A stretch of DNA of 64,000 bases from Octopus vulgaris (GCA_951406725.2 OX597828.1:49414001-49478000); one strand, 5' to 3'; positions 14,184 to 29,220 are shown, counted from the first letter of the stretch. Numbers and translations are program-made. Notes: a model not told the origin generated them from the letters alone.

Positions 14184-14528
14184 AGTAATCTTTCAGTTTA
14201 GGGCATTCAAAAAAAGTAAATAAAAATGAAACCCAACATATGGCATCTACACTCATGAAGTGATTGTGCACTGGAAGAACTTGTGGATCCCACACATGAG
14301 GATGTCCACATGCAAAATGTGGAGAATATGTGGATGTGGACGAAAAGAAAATTACGGTGACAATTTGTGTCACTTTTACACGAATTCATATAGAGGAATC
14401 CTGTTAAAAAAAAAGACTTTTGTTCACTTTTGGGTCGCTATAACCCAAGTCTACGTTGTTTAACAGCTGACTTATTTATCCCCCCTTTCATTTTTATTTA
14501 CTTTTTTAAACACCCTAAACTGAAAGAT

Positions 14529-14532
<4 letters not shown>
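14184..14532. mobile_element. (TA)n-flanked cassette with ~48-bp terminal inverted repeats and a degenerate hammerhead core
   Basis: agtaatctttcagtttaggg...aatgaaa pairs with tttcatt...ccctaaactgaaagattact. Internal aTGAGGA-t-GTCCACAT...ATGTGGAC-GAAA at 14296-14345. Confidence 0.65.
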
Positions 14533-14567
<35 letters not shown>

Positions 14568-14806
14568 TCATCATCGTTTAACGTCCAACCCATGCTAGCA
14601 TGGGTTGGACAGTTTGACAGGGGTCTGGGAAGCCAGGAGGCTGCACCAGGCTCCAGTCTGATCTAGCAGTGTTTCTACAGCTGAATGCTTTTCCTAACGC
14701 CAACCATTCCGGGAGTGTAGTGCGTGCTTTTACATGCCACCGGCACGAGGGCCAGTCAGGCGGTACTGGCAACAGCCACACTCAAATGGTGTTTTTTATG
14801 TGCCCA

Positions 14807-14854
<48 letters not shown>

Positions 14855-15792
14855 CAGGCATCACTATGTATTAAGTTTGCTTCCCAACCACAAGGTTCCA
14901 GGTTCAGTCCCACAGTGTAGCACCTTGAGCAAGTGTCTTTCACTATAGCCCTAGGCTGACCAAAGCCTTATGAGTGGATTTGATAGACAGTAACTCAACG
15001 AAACCCACTGTGTGTGTGTTACTTCCTCTATGTGATGTCGCGCCATCTTTATCAATGAATATTACTTTCCTTCAATTCCAATCTTCTGTGAAAGTTTGGT
15101 CGTGGGAAATATTAGCTTACTAGAAAGCAGGTGGGGGTTGGCAAATGGAAGAGCATCCAGCCATAGAAAATCTGCCTCAACAAATCCTATGTGAGCATAG
15201 AAAAAAAAAGCTGTTAAAATGGTGATGAGATATATATGTACACACATGCATGCAGTCTATTATGCAGGGGTTGTAGTACTGGAGTGTGTGTTTGTGTATA
15301 TATATATATATATATATATATTGAAGATACATCCATTAGACAAGGTGGAACACATCATCAGTAATGTGAAATTAGGGGTCATCAGATATTCTGAGTCTTG
15401 CACAACATGAGATACCCTCATCCAGAGAACCCACTGCAGATTGATCAGATCCCAATTTATGTCCCAGCAGCAACAGTCCATGTACCAGCTCCCTTAATCC
15501 AAAGACACCAGGTGAATTTCTCTACAGATTCACTCACAGACCAAATGGCCTCTCTTTGTGACACCCTCCCCCTATAGAACCCATTTTCTGCTCCTTGGAG
15601 TTTGGGGACAGAAGGGAGCAGGAAGTCACTGGTGCAGGTTTGGCTTTGTGGTTAAGAAGCTTGCTTCCCAACCATGAGATCCCAGGTTCAGTTCCATTGC
15701 GGAGCACTATAGGTAAGTGACTTCTACTATAGCCCAGGCTGCTGACCAAAGCATTTTCAATGGATGTGGTAGAGGGAAACTGAAAGAAGCCC

Positions 15793-15822
<30 letters not shown>

Positions 15823-15828
<6 letters not shown>

Positions 15829-16018
15829 CCTAAACAGGATAAGCTTCCCCTATTTTGCAGAAAAAAGTGTCAGAGGCCAGCTATGAGACTCAAAATCACA
15901 CCTCTGTGATTATGTGTTGCGGTGCTATGAACCACAGAGATGTGAGTTCGAGTCTCATAGCTGGGCGCCAACACTTTTTTCTGCAAAATAGGGGTAGCTT
16001 ATCCTGTTCAGGCTATAT
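15823..16018. repeat. Fold-back inverted repeat (~88-bp arms) containing a tRNA-like 3' half
   Basis: atagcctaaacaggataagct...ctctgtgatt pairs with aaccacagag...agcttatcctgttcaggctat. Contains gtgag-ttcgagt-ctcat...gggcgCCA. Confidence 0.85.
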
Positions 16019-16411
16019 TATTAGCATCATCCTGCATTTGAGAACTTAAAATCACTTCTTTAACTTTCTAAGACATCTCAACGCTTCTAAAGCAAACTTT
16101 GCTTGTTTACGTTCATAAATCATCATCATCATCGTTTAACATCCGTTCTCCATGCTAGCATGGGTTGGATGGTTCAACCGGGGATCTGGGAAGCCAGAAG
16201 GCTGCACCAGGCACCAGTCTGATCTGGCAGTGTTTCTACAGCTGGATGCCCTTCCTAACGCCAACCACTTTATGAGTGTAGTGGGTGCTTTTTATGTGCC
16301 ACCGGCACAGGTGCCAGGCGAGGCTGGCAATGGCCACGATCAGTCAAGGCGGCGCTGGCATCGGCCATGTTTGGATGGTGCTTTTTACATACCACCGGCA
16401 ATATATATATA

Positions 16412-17370
16412 CTAGCCTAAAAGCCACATTCTGTACAGACTTCTTAGCTAGCTCTTGCGGAGGGCTAACTGGGCCTGCAGCTAAATAGTATGGCTATTAT
16501 AACTATATGCCCTAAATAGCATGACTAATACTTCTATAATGACTATATGCCCTAGTGGTATTTGATCAGAGGTTAAGAATGGATGAGAAGTAATTCTGTA
16601 ATGCAATCATTCTATTGTTCCAGTCCCAAGTTGAATTCCAGCTTTTGGCCAATTTATCCCAAAGTTCTTTACTTGACATAAAATAAATGAAGTGAATATC
16701 ATTTATCTCCACCTTGATCTCTGTCTGATATCATTGGACAAATGCTGCCAAGATGGTGCGAATCAGCTAAGCTTCACCTGCTAGAATTAGCAACCCAAAT
16801 GCTTTTAAAACAGATCCCAATGCTGAATGTTCAAGGACCAAATGAAGGGCATATTTTCAATCCCGGGATCATCCTGATTCCAAAAAGGTATATGGAAGCA
16901 CTCCGTCGGTTACGACGATGAGGGTTCCGGTTGATCCGATCAACGGAACAGCCTGCTCGTGAAATTAACGTGTAAGTGGCTGAGCACTCCACAGACACGT
17001 GTACCCTTAACGTAGTTCTCGGGGATATTCAGCGTGACACAGAGAGTGACAAGGCCGGCCCTTTGAAATACAGGTACAACAGAAACAGGAAGTAAGAGTG
17101 AGAGAAAGTTGTGGTGAAAGAGTACAGCAGGGATCACCACCATCCCTGCCGGAGCCTCGTGGGGCTTTAGGTGTTTTTGCTCAATAAACACTCACAACGC
17201 CCGGTCTGGGAATCAAAACCGCGATCCTACGACCGCGAGTCCGCTGCCCAAACCACTGGGCCATTGCGCCTCCACAAAAAAAAAAGGTATAATGTATCTA
17301 TGTAGAGCAGATGTAGGCTGAGATACAGGGATCCCAGACAGACAGACAAATTTTCACTTTTATTAATATA
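16412..17370 (-). mobile_element. Non-autonomous Helitron interrupted by a SINE
   Basis: The minus strand starts tatattaataaaagtgaaaatttgtctgtctgtc (a Helitron-like 5' end, TC not preserved) and ends with an imperfect hairpin plus CTAG|T. Confidence 0.55.
16893..17277 (-). mobile_element. Full-length SINE family C with TSD aaaaaggtata
   Basis: tRNA-like head gtggaggcgcaatggcccagtgg...ttgattcccagacc. A direct repeat lies on both flanks. Second copy at 42268-42588. Confidence 0.9.
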
Positions 17371-18720
17371 TATATATTATGTATATATATATATATATTT
17401 ATAATGGGCTTTTCTTTCAGTATATAATACACATACATATATATACATGCATGTGCATATCCTTGTCTCAACTACAATTGATGGCTGTAAACAAGCATCA
17501 CCATCATAAAAGCGGTGTTGCTACTTTCCAGGCTTGTGTGAAACATATGACTAACCATGCGCAAATGTGACCTTCCTTGGAAACAGGTGAGGTCTAATAA
17601 CAAGGACAACCAGTGATAGAAATCTTCCACAACACAACTCCATCTGACCATGCAAACATGGAAAAGTAGACATTAAAATGATGACAAGATTATGTGTGTG
17701 TGTGTGTGTGGATATGAATGTGTGTGTGTGTCCTTTTATTTGTTTGTTTGATTCATATGAATGCAGCCATGCTGGAGCACTGCCTTAAAGGGTTTTAGTT
17801 AAAGGACACCAGAACTTATTTTTTGTAAGCCTAGTACTTATTCTATCGGTCTCTTTCACTGAACTGCTAAGTTATGGGGGCATAAACACACCAGCATCAG
17901 TTGTCAAGCGATGGCAGAGGAGACAAAGACAGACACACACACAAGGGCTTCTTTCAGTTTCCATCTACCAAATCCACTCACAAGACTTTGTTCAGCCTGA
18001 GACTATAATAAAAGACGCTTGCCCAAGGTGCCATGCAGTAGGTCTGAACCTGGAACCATGTAGTTGGGAAGCAAGCTTCTTACCACGCAGCCACTTTTCC
18101 TTGCTTGCCAGAGTCAAATGGAATTTGTTGGGAGCAGATATTCTATTACCAGATGTCCTTCCAGTTTCGAATTCCTACCTGTTCCCAAGCATGATTATAG
18201 ACAAAGGACACCACCTGTTTGATAATGAAGATAATTTGCCATGCATTGGGACTAACCCTGAAACCACATACGAGCCCATTCAATATCCATTTCCCCCATC
18301 CCCATGCTAGCAGGTATTTAGATGGAGATCTATTTGAGACAGGATTTTACAGCTAGATACTCTTCCTGTCACTGACTCTCACATGTTTTTCATAAAAGGA
18401 ATACCTTTAATCCACAGGTCTTTAAAACCCACAAAGTGACCGATCATACTGTCTACAAGAAAACGTCAACATTGGCACTACTTTACTACCCACACACTGC
18501 CCCCCACCAAAACACAAACACACACACACATCTTACTCTGCAACCACACAAATTCAGACTCCATCCCACTGGTTGACACCTTTGGCAAGTGTTGTCTAAT
18601 ATAACCACGGGCTGACCGATGTCTTGTGAGTGAATTTAGCAGGTGAAAATTATGTAAAAGCCAATCATATATCTATACAGATGTGTGTGTGTGCATATAT
18701 ATATATACACACACACACAC

Positions 18721-19190
18721 AGGCACAGGAGTGGCTGTGTGGTAAGTAGCTTGCTTACCGTAATTTCATTCGAAAATTTTAACTGTGTTAAGCTACTTCA
18801 CTCTTTATATCTGTCTGTCCTTGTTTGTCCCCTCTTTGTAAATGCCTAAATGGCAAATTATATGAAATAAAGTAGCTTGCTTACCAACCATATGGTTCTG
18901 GCTTCAGTCCCACTAAGTGTCTTCTACTATAGCCTCGGGTTGACCAAAGCCTTGTGAGTGGATTTGGTAGATAGAAACTGAAAGAAGCCTGTCATATAAG
19001 TGTGTGTGTGTGTGTCCACCAACACTTGACAACTGATGTTGGTGTGTTTACATCCCTGTAGCTCAGCAGTTCAGCAAAAGAGACCACTAGAATGAGTACT
19101 AGGCTTACAAAGAATACATACTGGGGTTGATTTGTTTGACTAAAGGTGGTGCTCCAGCATGGTCGAAGTCAAATGACTGAAACAAATAAA
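18721..19190 (+). mobile_element. SINE family A carrying a 110-bp retro-insert (18760-18869) with 16-bp TSD
   Basis: aagtagcttgcttacc is duplicated at 18744-18759 and 18870-18885. Confidence 0.85.
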
Positions 19191-19221
19191 AGGATACAAA
19201 AAACGGATATATATATATATA

Positions 19222-19540
19222 AGACCTCCTCCGGTCATGAATGACCATGAGATTGCACTGAAAAAGTTCCCTTCTGAGGCAAAAGTCTGGGCAAAGTTGT
19301 TTTATGGAAGATCATGCATACCAGCCTCCTCTCTCCGTACCCCTGATATTATCCAAGGGAAAGGCAAAGGGGCCAATACAGCTTGGCACCAATGACACTG
19401 CAACTCATTCCTACAGCTGAGTGAACTGGAGGAACATGAAATAAAGTGTCTTGCTCAAGAAGACAACACGCAGCCTAGTCCAGGAATCAAACTCACTACC
19501 TCATATTAGTGAGCTTGAAGCTCTAACCACTGAGCCATAT
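19222..19540 (-). mobile_element. SINE family D
   Basis: Matches 46770-47101 in reverse complement. Confidence 0.8.
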
Positions 19541-19828
19541 GTGTGTGTCTTTGTGTTTGTTCTGCTCCACTGCTTGACAACTGGTGTTAGTTTGTTTACG
19601 TCATTATGACTTAGTGGTTCAGCAAGGAGACATTGGATAAGTACCTGGCTTTAAAAAGATAAGTACTGGAATCAATTTTCCTATACCAAAACCCTTTGCA
19701 GTGGTATTCCAGCATGGCCGCAGTCCAATGACTAAACCAAGTAAACAATGACTCAAACAAAAAGAAACCATATATTCTCATATATTCCAACTGCGGTCTT
19801 TCATTCATCATGTATATATATATATATA

Positions 19829-20198
19829 GGCGCAGGAGTGGCTGTGTGTTAAGTAGCTTGCTTACCAACCACATGGTTTCGGATTCAGTCCCATGCGTGG
19901 CACCTTGGGCAAGTGTCTTCTACTATAGCCTTGTAAGTGGAGTTGGTAGACAGAAACTGAAAGAAGCCCGTCGTATATATGTATATATATATATATATGT
20001 ATGTGTGTCTGTCCCCCCAACATCACTTGACAACCAATGCTGGTGTATTTACGTTCCCATAACTTAGCAGTTCGGCAAAACAGACCAATAGAATTAAGTA
20101 CTAAGCTTCCAAAGAATAAGTCCTGGGGTTGATTTGCTCGACTAAAAGGCAGTGCTCCAGTATGGCTGCAGTCAAATGACTGAAACAAGTAAAAGAGT

Positions 20199-20200
<2 letters not shown>
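19829..20200 (+). mobile_element. SINE family A
   Basis: Head to gagtaaaa tail, flanked by (TA)n. Confidence 0.88.
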
Positions 20201-20240
<40 letters not shown>

Positions 20241-20754
20241 CATACATACAACCATCTGCCTTCCATGCTGGCATGGGTTGGATGGCTTGACAGGAGCTGG
20301 CCAGGCTTTTGTGTATATTTTGGCAGGGTTTTTATAGCTGGCTGCCCTTCATATATGTATAGATATAAGTGCCTTCTCAAATGAACCTGCACTTCACTTT
20401 TGAAGCTCCACTAAATCTATCAGGTTGACATGAGCACTCAACTTTGAATGCATTACATCTTAATAGCAGAAACAGCCGTAAGCTAATGAAGTCTATGACA
20501 TAATTCCTTATTCCTTTGTTAGTTATTTGATTTCCCCCCCTCTTTCTCACACACACACACACACTTATAAGTGCAGGCATGGTTAAGAAGTTTGTTTTGC
20601 AACTAGGTTTCAGGTTTGATCTCACTGTATTCACAAATAGTTTTGGTTTGGTATACGGACACCTTGGGCAAGTGTCTTGTCTTCTATAGCCTCAAGCCAT
20701 CTTTAGGGCCATGTGAAGGAATCTAGTGAACGGAAGCTGCAAGAAGTCTGCTGA

Positions 20755-20813
<59 letters not shown>

Positions 20814-20837
20814 TATATATACATTAGCTGTGATACC

Positions 20838-21146
20838 AGAGCCAGGGGCACGTAAGAAAACCATCCAAACGTGGCCGTTGCCAGCCTCGCCTGGCCTCCG
20901 TGCCGGTCGCACATAAAAAGCACCAACCCGATCGTGGCCGTTTGCCAGCCTCGTCTAGCACCTGTGTCGGTGACACGTAAAAAGCACCCGCTACACTCAC
21001 GGAGTGGTTGGCGTTAGGAAGGGCATCCAGCCGTAGAAACATTGCCAGATCAGACTGGGCCTGGTGCAGCCTTCTGGCTTCCCAGACCCCAGTTGAACCG
21101 TCCAACCCATGCTAGCATGGAAAGCGGACGCTAAACGATGATGATG

Positions 21147-21147
<1 letters not shown>
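20838..21147 (+). mobile_element. Family E copy with three ~60-bp upstream tandem units
   Basis: The unit gtgccggtggcacgtaaaaagcacc...gtggccgttgccagcctcg is repeated before the conserved 3' body. Confidence 0.8.
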
Positions 21148-21185
<38 letters not shown>

Positions 21186-23079
21186 AACCCTGCCAAAACA
21201 TACACAGAAGCTTGGCCATCCAACCCATGCCAGCATGGAAGGCAGACGTTAAACGATGATGATGACGACAAGGATATACCTGAAGTACATATATAGATAG
21301 GACTAGTAGCATTATGATTATTTTAATGTCCAGAATCTCCAGTTTGCATTAAAAGTTTGTTGAGGCGGATTGGATACCTTTCCTGTCGCCAACCCTCAAC
21401 TGTCTGCAAGGGAGGTAATATTTTCTGACAGACACAAAGACACTCATTTTAAACCATCACATTATGACAGGAGCTGGTAATGCTAGGAGCTGCATCAGGC
21501 TCCAACGGTTTCGAGGGCTGCATGCTCTTCCTAATGCCAACCAATGTTACAGAGTATACTGGGTGCTTTTTACCTGGCACCAGCACCAGTGGGATCACCA
21601 AATGACTTGCAAAACAAAGACCCCCTCACTGGGAGGGGGTCTGGTATTGAAGGAGGTGGTTTTGTGCCAGTGGAGAGGTTAAAGTACAACAGAGGGATAG
21701 AAATTGGTGCCTTGCTATGGAGGAGATACTTGGCTACCCCAGTTAGAAAAGAAAAGAGGGGAAAATGGAGAAAGTTAAAGAGAAATATAAGTGAGAGAGA
21801 TAGATAAGTGGTACAGAGGGTCTGACAAGGAGAGCGGGTAGGGGAATAGAAATCGGTACACAAGAGTGTATAGGGATATGGTTAGAGATGGGACAGTGGT
21901 AACTGTAGCAGGTGACAGGAGTGGCTCAAGAGGACTACTTGATATAGCAAGTCCACGAGGATGCTTGTGTACAGATAGGCACATGAGTGAGAGGAGAGAT
22001 GGGAAGTACATCGGGGAATAATCAAGGGTGTTGTGAAGATGGGTTGTTTGGAGTGGGAGGGGTGATAGGGAGGACAAACCACTTTCAGTTCCTGTCTACC
22101 AAATACACTCGCGAGCTTATGGTTGGCCCAGGGCTGTAGAAGACACTTGTTTCAAAGTACCACACACTGGAGTTGGATAGAACCCAAAGACTACAAGTCG
22201 ATACACTGCATGTATAGGTTTCAGTATTATGTATACATATGAATATATAGTGTAGATGATAGTATTGCATACAGGTGGTTGTAAAGTATATATACAGACG
22301 GCTGTACTACATTATATATATATACACACACATAAGGACATGTACTTTTAATATATATATATATATATAGATCTAATGCATGTGCATTGTATATTAATAG
22401 CACGTGTGTAGCTTCTACAGTCTATATATTGGATTACATGTGTACCTCGAACATGCACAAATGTGTACAACTTTACTGCGTATAGGCAGCATGTGTAACT
22501 CCAACCTGAACACACCGAATAGGTCTAATTTCGTGTACACATGAAACATGTAATCTACGCTGTACATGTATGTAGATTTATTGTGTATATACATGTGTAC
22601 AGACGTGGGACGTGTATATCCACATGTGTGATGAGTGCTCATAACACTGTGTGACTTAGTTATACATTATATATCATATTGGTGAAACATGCTCACACAC
22701 ACACACACACACACATGCATTATATATAACTATACACACGATATATATATTACATGATGAACACATGTGGATTTTACAGTTTAGATCGCCAAACAAGATA
22801 TCTAGGCATTATACACACACGCGTGTGTTTGTGCGTATAGTCAAGTTAAATTGCTGGAGACGTGTATTCAAGCACAGACAGATAGGCAAGATAAAGAGAT
22901 AGGAGATAGAGCTAGACACACATGCTACCATTATCTTACACACACACACACACACATATACACACATACATTATATATATTTTTATAGATGGTAGTTCGG
23001 ATGTACTGCAGAAGATAAAAAAAAACCTATCAGCATATATGATTAGTAGTACACTTACGCTACCGACACACACACACAG

Positions 23080-23288
23080 ATATATACACCAATACACACA
23101 CATACAAACATATATACACCAATACACACACATACAAACATATATACACCAATACACACACATACAAACATATATACACCAATACACACACATACAAACA
23201 TATATACACCAATACACACACATACAAACATATATACACCAATACACACACATACAAACATATATACACCAATACACACACACACACA
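23080..23288. repeat. Perfect 30-bp minisatellite (catacaaacatatatacaccaatacacaca), about 6.7 copies
   Basis: Exact 30-bp periodicity over lines 23101-23280. Confidence 0.95.
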
Positions 23289-23465
23289 GATATTTGTGTG
23301 CTTAAGAGAGCGTGTTTATTACATATCCACACAATAGCTTTTAACAGAGGTGACAATGGTTTTGTAGCGGTTACTATTAGTACAAGTAAATATACAAGGT
23401 TAATAGATTTAAATAGCATGTGCGCGCGTGTGCGCGTTAGATGTTAAAGTGCTGCATGTATATAA

Positions 23466-23513
<48 letters not shown>

Positions 23514-25045
23514 CAATATAGATAAATAAATAACAGTTAAACAGTAGATGAAAGGATCACCATTAGTTATCGCGAGGAAAAGATTGGGACTTCGAAATTC
23601 CGGCTGAATTAGCCGTCGAGAAAGAGAAAAAGGAGAAAGGACGCGAAAGAGAGAGAGGAGAGAGTAGAGGAGAGGACGAAGAAAGAAAGTGGGGGAAGGA
23701 GGGGTCGCGGCAGCAGTTAGAAGGGGGACAAACGAGTGCTTTAATAATAAAAGCCTATACCAGCTGCCCCCTTTATGCCTCGTCCATTGAGGGCTGTGTG
23801 TCCCTTTCACTCAGGGAAATAATATATTTTACAGTCGGCTTTGTTAGAAGACGGGGGTTAGTGTGTGTGTGTGTGTGTGTGTATGTGTATATTAGGTTTA
23901 TAGTTGATCTAATTAAACATTATTGGCTATTGGGCTTTATTGAACTGATTAAATATTATTGGTTGGTTTATTGGGACTGGAACAGTAATGAAAGCCACAA
24001 CATCTGCAGTGGTATATTAATAGGTCTTATGTCTGTCGTGTGTGCTCTACAGCTTTCTCCTGTCCCGAACAAAGGGGTATATATATATAGAGAGAGCGTA
24101 TATATATATATATATAGTAATATGGTGTGTGTATGTATACATTTTATGCATGTGTGTATATAGTTTACACAATGTCTATATAGTGTGTATATGTATTTCA
24201 TGTAGAGTATACATACTGCTTATAGATAACACCACCATCATGGATTGGATTATATATATATATATATATATTGTAAATATATAGTATAATGTGTATATAC
24301 TATTTTGATAATGCACATACACACAGACGGAAAGGAAGTAGGTACGGGCCAAGTCACAGCAACTGAGGCTCTTTCTTAAGTGCACTGAGAAAGGTTTCGA
24401 CAGCCAGATTCATGTTTACATTGATATACGGGGGAGAATCATAAACACCACAACACAACGAATCTATGGAGGCAGTAATGATAACACAATAATAGGAAGG
24501 CATCTTTCGTTGCTTTTGTAATAATAAATTATGTGAGAGAGATAGAGAGAGAGAGAAAGAAAGAGATGGTGAGCCATTGTGTCTTGAGTGAAGGAAGGTT
24601 TTAGAGAGAGATGAGGAAGAAGCACTTTTATCATTCATTTATTAGATGGAAATTAATTTAGAAAAGAGATTAAATCATACAACAGGTTCTGTGAGACCAA
24701 AGTCTGTTTAAATGGTGTCAGTACCTTGCAACTGTGGAATAACAGAAAACCATTTTGCTTTGTTCGACATTTCTTCTCTCTGTTTGTGTGTGTGTGAATG
24801 TGGATACATGTATGCTTAGATATATACACACTTATCTCTATTTGTATGTATGTATATGTATATATATATATATATGTATATATACATACACACACACACA
24901 TGTAAATGATATGTATATATATATATATATATATATACATACACACACACATGTAAATGATATGTATGTATATATATATACACACACACACACATGTAAA
25001 TGATATGTATACATATATATATTTATTATATATATATATATTTAT

Positions 25046-25109
<64 letters not shown>

Positions 25110-26365
25110 CATATACACAAAGCATGTGTGTGTATTTGTGATTGTATATCTGTAAATAGTGATCGCACACACATATGTGGGTATTTAAATGTATGTGTGT
25201 ATAATATATATATATATATATCAATATATTTTACAAGAGGTAGAAAGTTAGAAAAGCTACACTCGTCAAGGAAATGCATGAATGCCACACAACCTCATAC
25301 CAGCTTCAATCTTAATAAAAATATCACATACTTGGGGCACAATCATTCCAAAAAGAAGTCTTTTAATAACAATAAATCGGTTCCTTAATTTATAACTCCA
25401 CGAAGACTTGGCCATTTCTTTGGGACAAAGGCTTGCGAATTGTTTTGTGTGCATGTGTGTGTACTAATTGTTTGTATATATGTGTGTATATATAATTTAT
25501 CATATATATATACACCCTACAAAGTTTATATACAATGTGTATATAGATGTAAAGATAGCAGGTGTATTAATATGTCCAAGTATATATGCATAGAGTAAGC
25601 ATATAGACATCAACTACATTAATTATATACATCACTTAATATATATATACACTCGTTTTATGTCTCAAGCACCAGAAACCAATCTCTCAGCACTTCACCG
25701 GCAGAAAATATTTAAGCAGCACCCATCTCTCTCACTCTCACACATTATGTGTGCGAGTGTATACAAACGCATATAAACGTGCGTGTATATATACACACAC
25801 ATAAACATGTATACACATATATATATATATATATATATACACACAGAGATACCGTAGTATTTATATAATACACACACACATATAGTCATGTATGTGAATA
25901 TATATATATATATATATATATATACTTATGTATACACATACATGGATATAGACATATATACATACAGCTTATGTGTATGTATGCATGTTTATATACACAA
26001 GGATGTGTATATCTGAGTAGATATATGTAGTTGTGTACATATACATATCTACATGTAGACACATGTAAATATGTGTGTGTGTATATATATATGTATTATA
26101 TGTGTGTGTATATATATATATATACACACACTCGAAAGACTTATATATGCAAACATATACGCCTATGTACATATGTACACACATACATATATCTACATAT
26201 ATATACATGCATATGTGTACATACTAATATTCATAATACACGAGTATATATATATATGTATATATCTAAATATATCTATCTATGCATATGTATAAACATT
26301 ACTGTGTATATATATATATATATATTAACTCACGTGTCTATATATGAACACATCTATACACATAA

Positions 26366-26412
<47 letters not shown>

Positions 26413-26435
26413 TGTGCATACGTGTATATACACAC

Positions 26436-26477
<42 letters not shown>

Positions 26478-26516
26478 TTATCAATATGTATATAAATATT
26501 TACAAGTTCGTGTATA

Positions 26517-26594
<78 letters not shown>

Positions 26595-26929
26595 CACACA
26601 CATATACGTGTATGTATGTGTATATATATATAGACACCACACACACACAGATGAACAACAGAAGAGGCAGAGTGATTGATGAATAAATGTACAAACGATG
26701 GAATAATGTTTAACAACGATCAAACAAGAAGTACATACATTAAAATGGGACACAGCAGTAAAATATTTCCCAAACTTGATAAAAAAAGTGTCCGTTGTGT
26801 GAATTGATCAAAATATACTCAGCCAGAAAGCCAGTCGAGCTGGCTACCTCGCCCTCTCCACAACATCATGCTTCTTAAATACAACACTACTATAACAACA
26901 CTACTATAACACAGCACTACTATACACTA

Positions 26930-28495
26930 TCACTCTCTCTTTCCCACCGCTCCTCTCTATTGGATATACATCGCTTTCCCCCTCTCTCTCTCTTACTCTT
27001 TCCCTCTTTATGTATCTCATACATTGGCCTTCCTCTCTTTCCCACCGCTCCTCTCTATTGGATATACATCGCTTTCCCTTTCTCTCTCTCTCTCTGTCTT
27101 TCCCTCTTTATGTATCGCATATATTGGCCTTCCTCTCTTTCCCACCGCTCCTCTCTATTGGATATACATCGCTTTCCCTTTCTCTCTCTCTCTCTCTTTA
27201 TGTATCGCATATATTGGCCTTCCTCTCTTTCCCCCTCTCTATTACATATACATCTCAGTCTCCCTAATACTATCCCTCTATCACATATGTCTTCCTTTCT
27301 CCCGCTCTCTCCGTCTATCACATATCTGCCTTACTGCCCCTCACTCTTTCTCCTCCTCTTCATCACATAATTGCCTTTCTTCCTCTCAAACACTCAAACT
27401 CTCTCTCTATCACGTATACCTGCCTTTCTCCTTCACCTTCTCACTATATCACATAAAACCTGCCTTTCTCTTTCTAACTCTCTCTATCACTTACATGCTT
27501 TCTCGTTTCTCTGTCTATTGCATATCCAGGCTGTTCTCGCCTTCCTTTCTCTTTCTCTCTTTCACATACTTACCAGCCTCTCCCTTTGTCCTTCTTTCTC
27601 CCTGTCTTCATATTTACTATCTCTCTCTCTATAACTCTCTCTATTTCATTAACATATCTTTCTCCTTCCCTCTTTCTGTTACATTCCTTTATCTCTATCT
27701 CTACGTTACAAACCTCTCTTTCACGCTCTCACACATTCAATTGGCTTTTTTCTCCTCCCCTCTATCACTTTCACATGTATTTGTCTCCCCCTCTCTATCA
27801 TTGACTAGTCTTTATCTCACCCTCTCTCTTTATTACGCATAAAACTTACTCTCTTTCCCCCTCTCTATCACATCAACTAGAATTTCTCCCCCTCTCTTTG
27901 AACTTCTATTTTTCCCCTTTCACTCTTTGTTTCTCACGTTTGGCGACTTTCTTTCTTTCCTTTTCTTCCCCCCCTCTGTCTTTGTGTCTTATCACTCCTA
28001 CTTCATCCTCGATTGTTCTACTACTCTCTCTATGCACCTCCCTCATATTCATTACACTTTCTCCCACATACAATTACTGTTTCTCACTGTCACAACAGAT
28101 TTATTAATCTCTCTTTCTCTCTCTCTCAATAGTTTCTCCCTTGGAGAGAAATTTATGTATCAATGTATATCTAACTGTACATATATATATATATGTCTCT
28201 GTAAACGTATGTATACATATATACATATATATATATATATGTGTGTGTGTGTGTATATATATATATGTGTGTGTGTATATATATATATATGTGTGTGTAT
28301 ATATATATATATGTGTGTGTGTGTATATATATATATATATGTATGTGTATATATATATATGTGTGTGTGTATATATATATATATGTGTGTGTGTGTATAT
28401 ATATATATATGTGTGTGTATATATATATATTTATATATGGATATGTATTCATATAGATGTTTAGGATCTATATGAATATATATACATGTATATGC

Positions 28496-28547
<52 letters not shown>

Positions 28548-29220
28548 CATTTACATTCGCACACACAAATATATAAATACATCCAATCACATATGCACAT
28601 ACATTATATATATGTGTGTGTGTGTGTGCAGCTTTACAAATATGTAAATATATATGTTTGTGTGTGTGTGTATACATTATTACACCACCTTCCTTCCATA
28701 TACACACAACCTTTATATCTGACCCTTCCTCTATACGCATACATAGATATACATACACAGACATATACACACACACACACAGATAAACTCACATAGACAC
28801 ATTCCTCTCTTTAACTCTGACCCTTTCACTACCGCCTCCCCCCTTATCTTTTCAACCACTGTTTCCTTCCTATTACCTTCCCTTCCTCTTACTCTCTCTT
28901 GCATACTCTCATCACCCTCTCTATCTATCTATCTCTCACTGGCCCTCTATTTCTCTCTCTTCATCATACTTATAGCCTTTCTTTTAACCCCCCCCCCGCG
29001 CTCAAACAACTCTTTGTTTTTCTCTCTTTCTCCATCAACGTCTTCTCCCCTTCCTTCTCCCACTCCACTGCTGCTTTCTTTTCCTAACATCACACTCTGC
29101 TGACATCTTCGTCTTCCCTCTCTCTCTCTCTTTCTGTCATTAATACTCTCACTCACTCACTCCCTCATACACATTCTCTCTCCTCATCCTCTCTTTCTCT
29201 CTCTTTCTCTCTCTCTGTGA
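26930..29220. repeat. Pyrimidine-rich low-complexity tract with a ~95-bp unit x3 (26935-27232) and TA/TG microsatellites
   Basis: ctttcccaccgctcctctctattggatatacatcgctttccc occurs three times. Strong CT strand bias. Confidence 0.8.

Noticed and set aside
23080-23288. 30-bp periodic array resembling CRISPR spacing
   Set aside because: Identical units with no unique spacers, in a eukaryotic context with no cas genes.
26960-27842. 272-aa Leu/Ser/Phe-rich ORF
   Set aside because: A CT-rich low-complexity tract that is stop-poor by composition.
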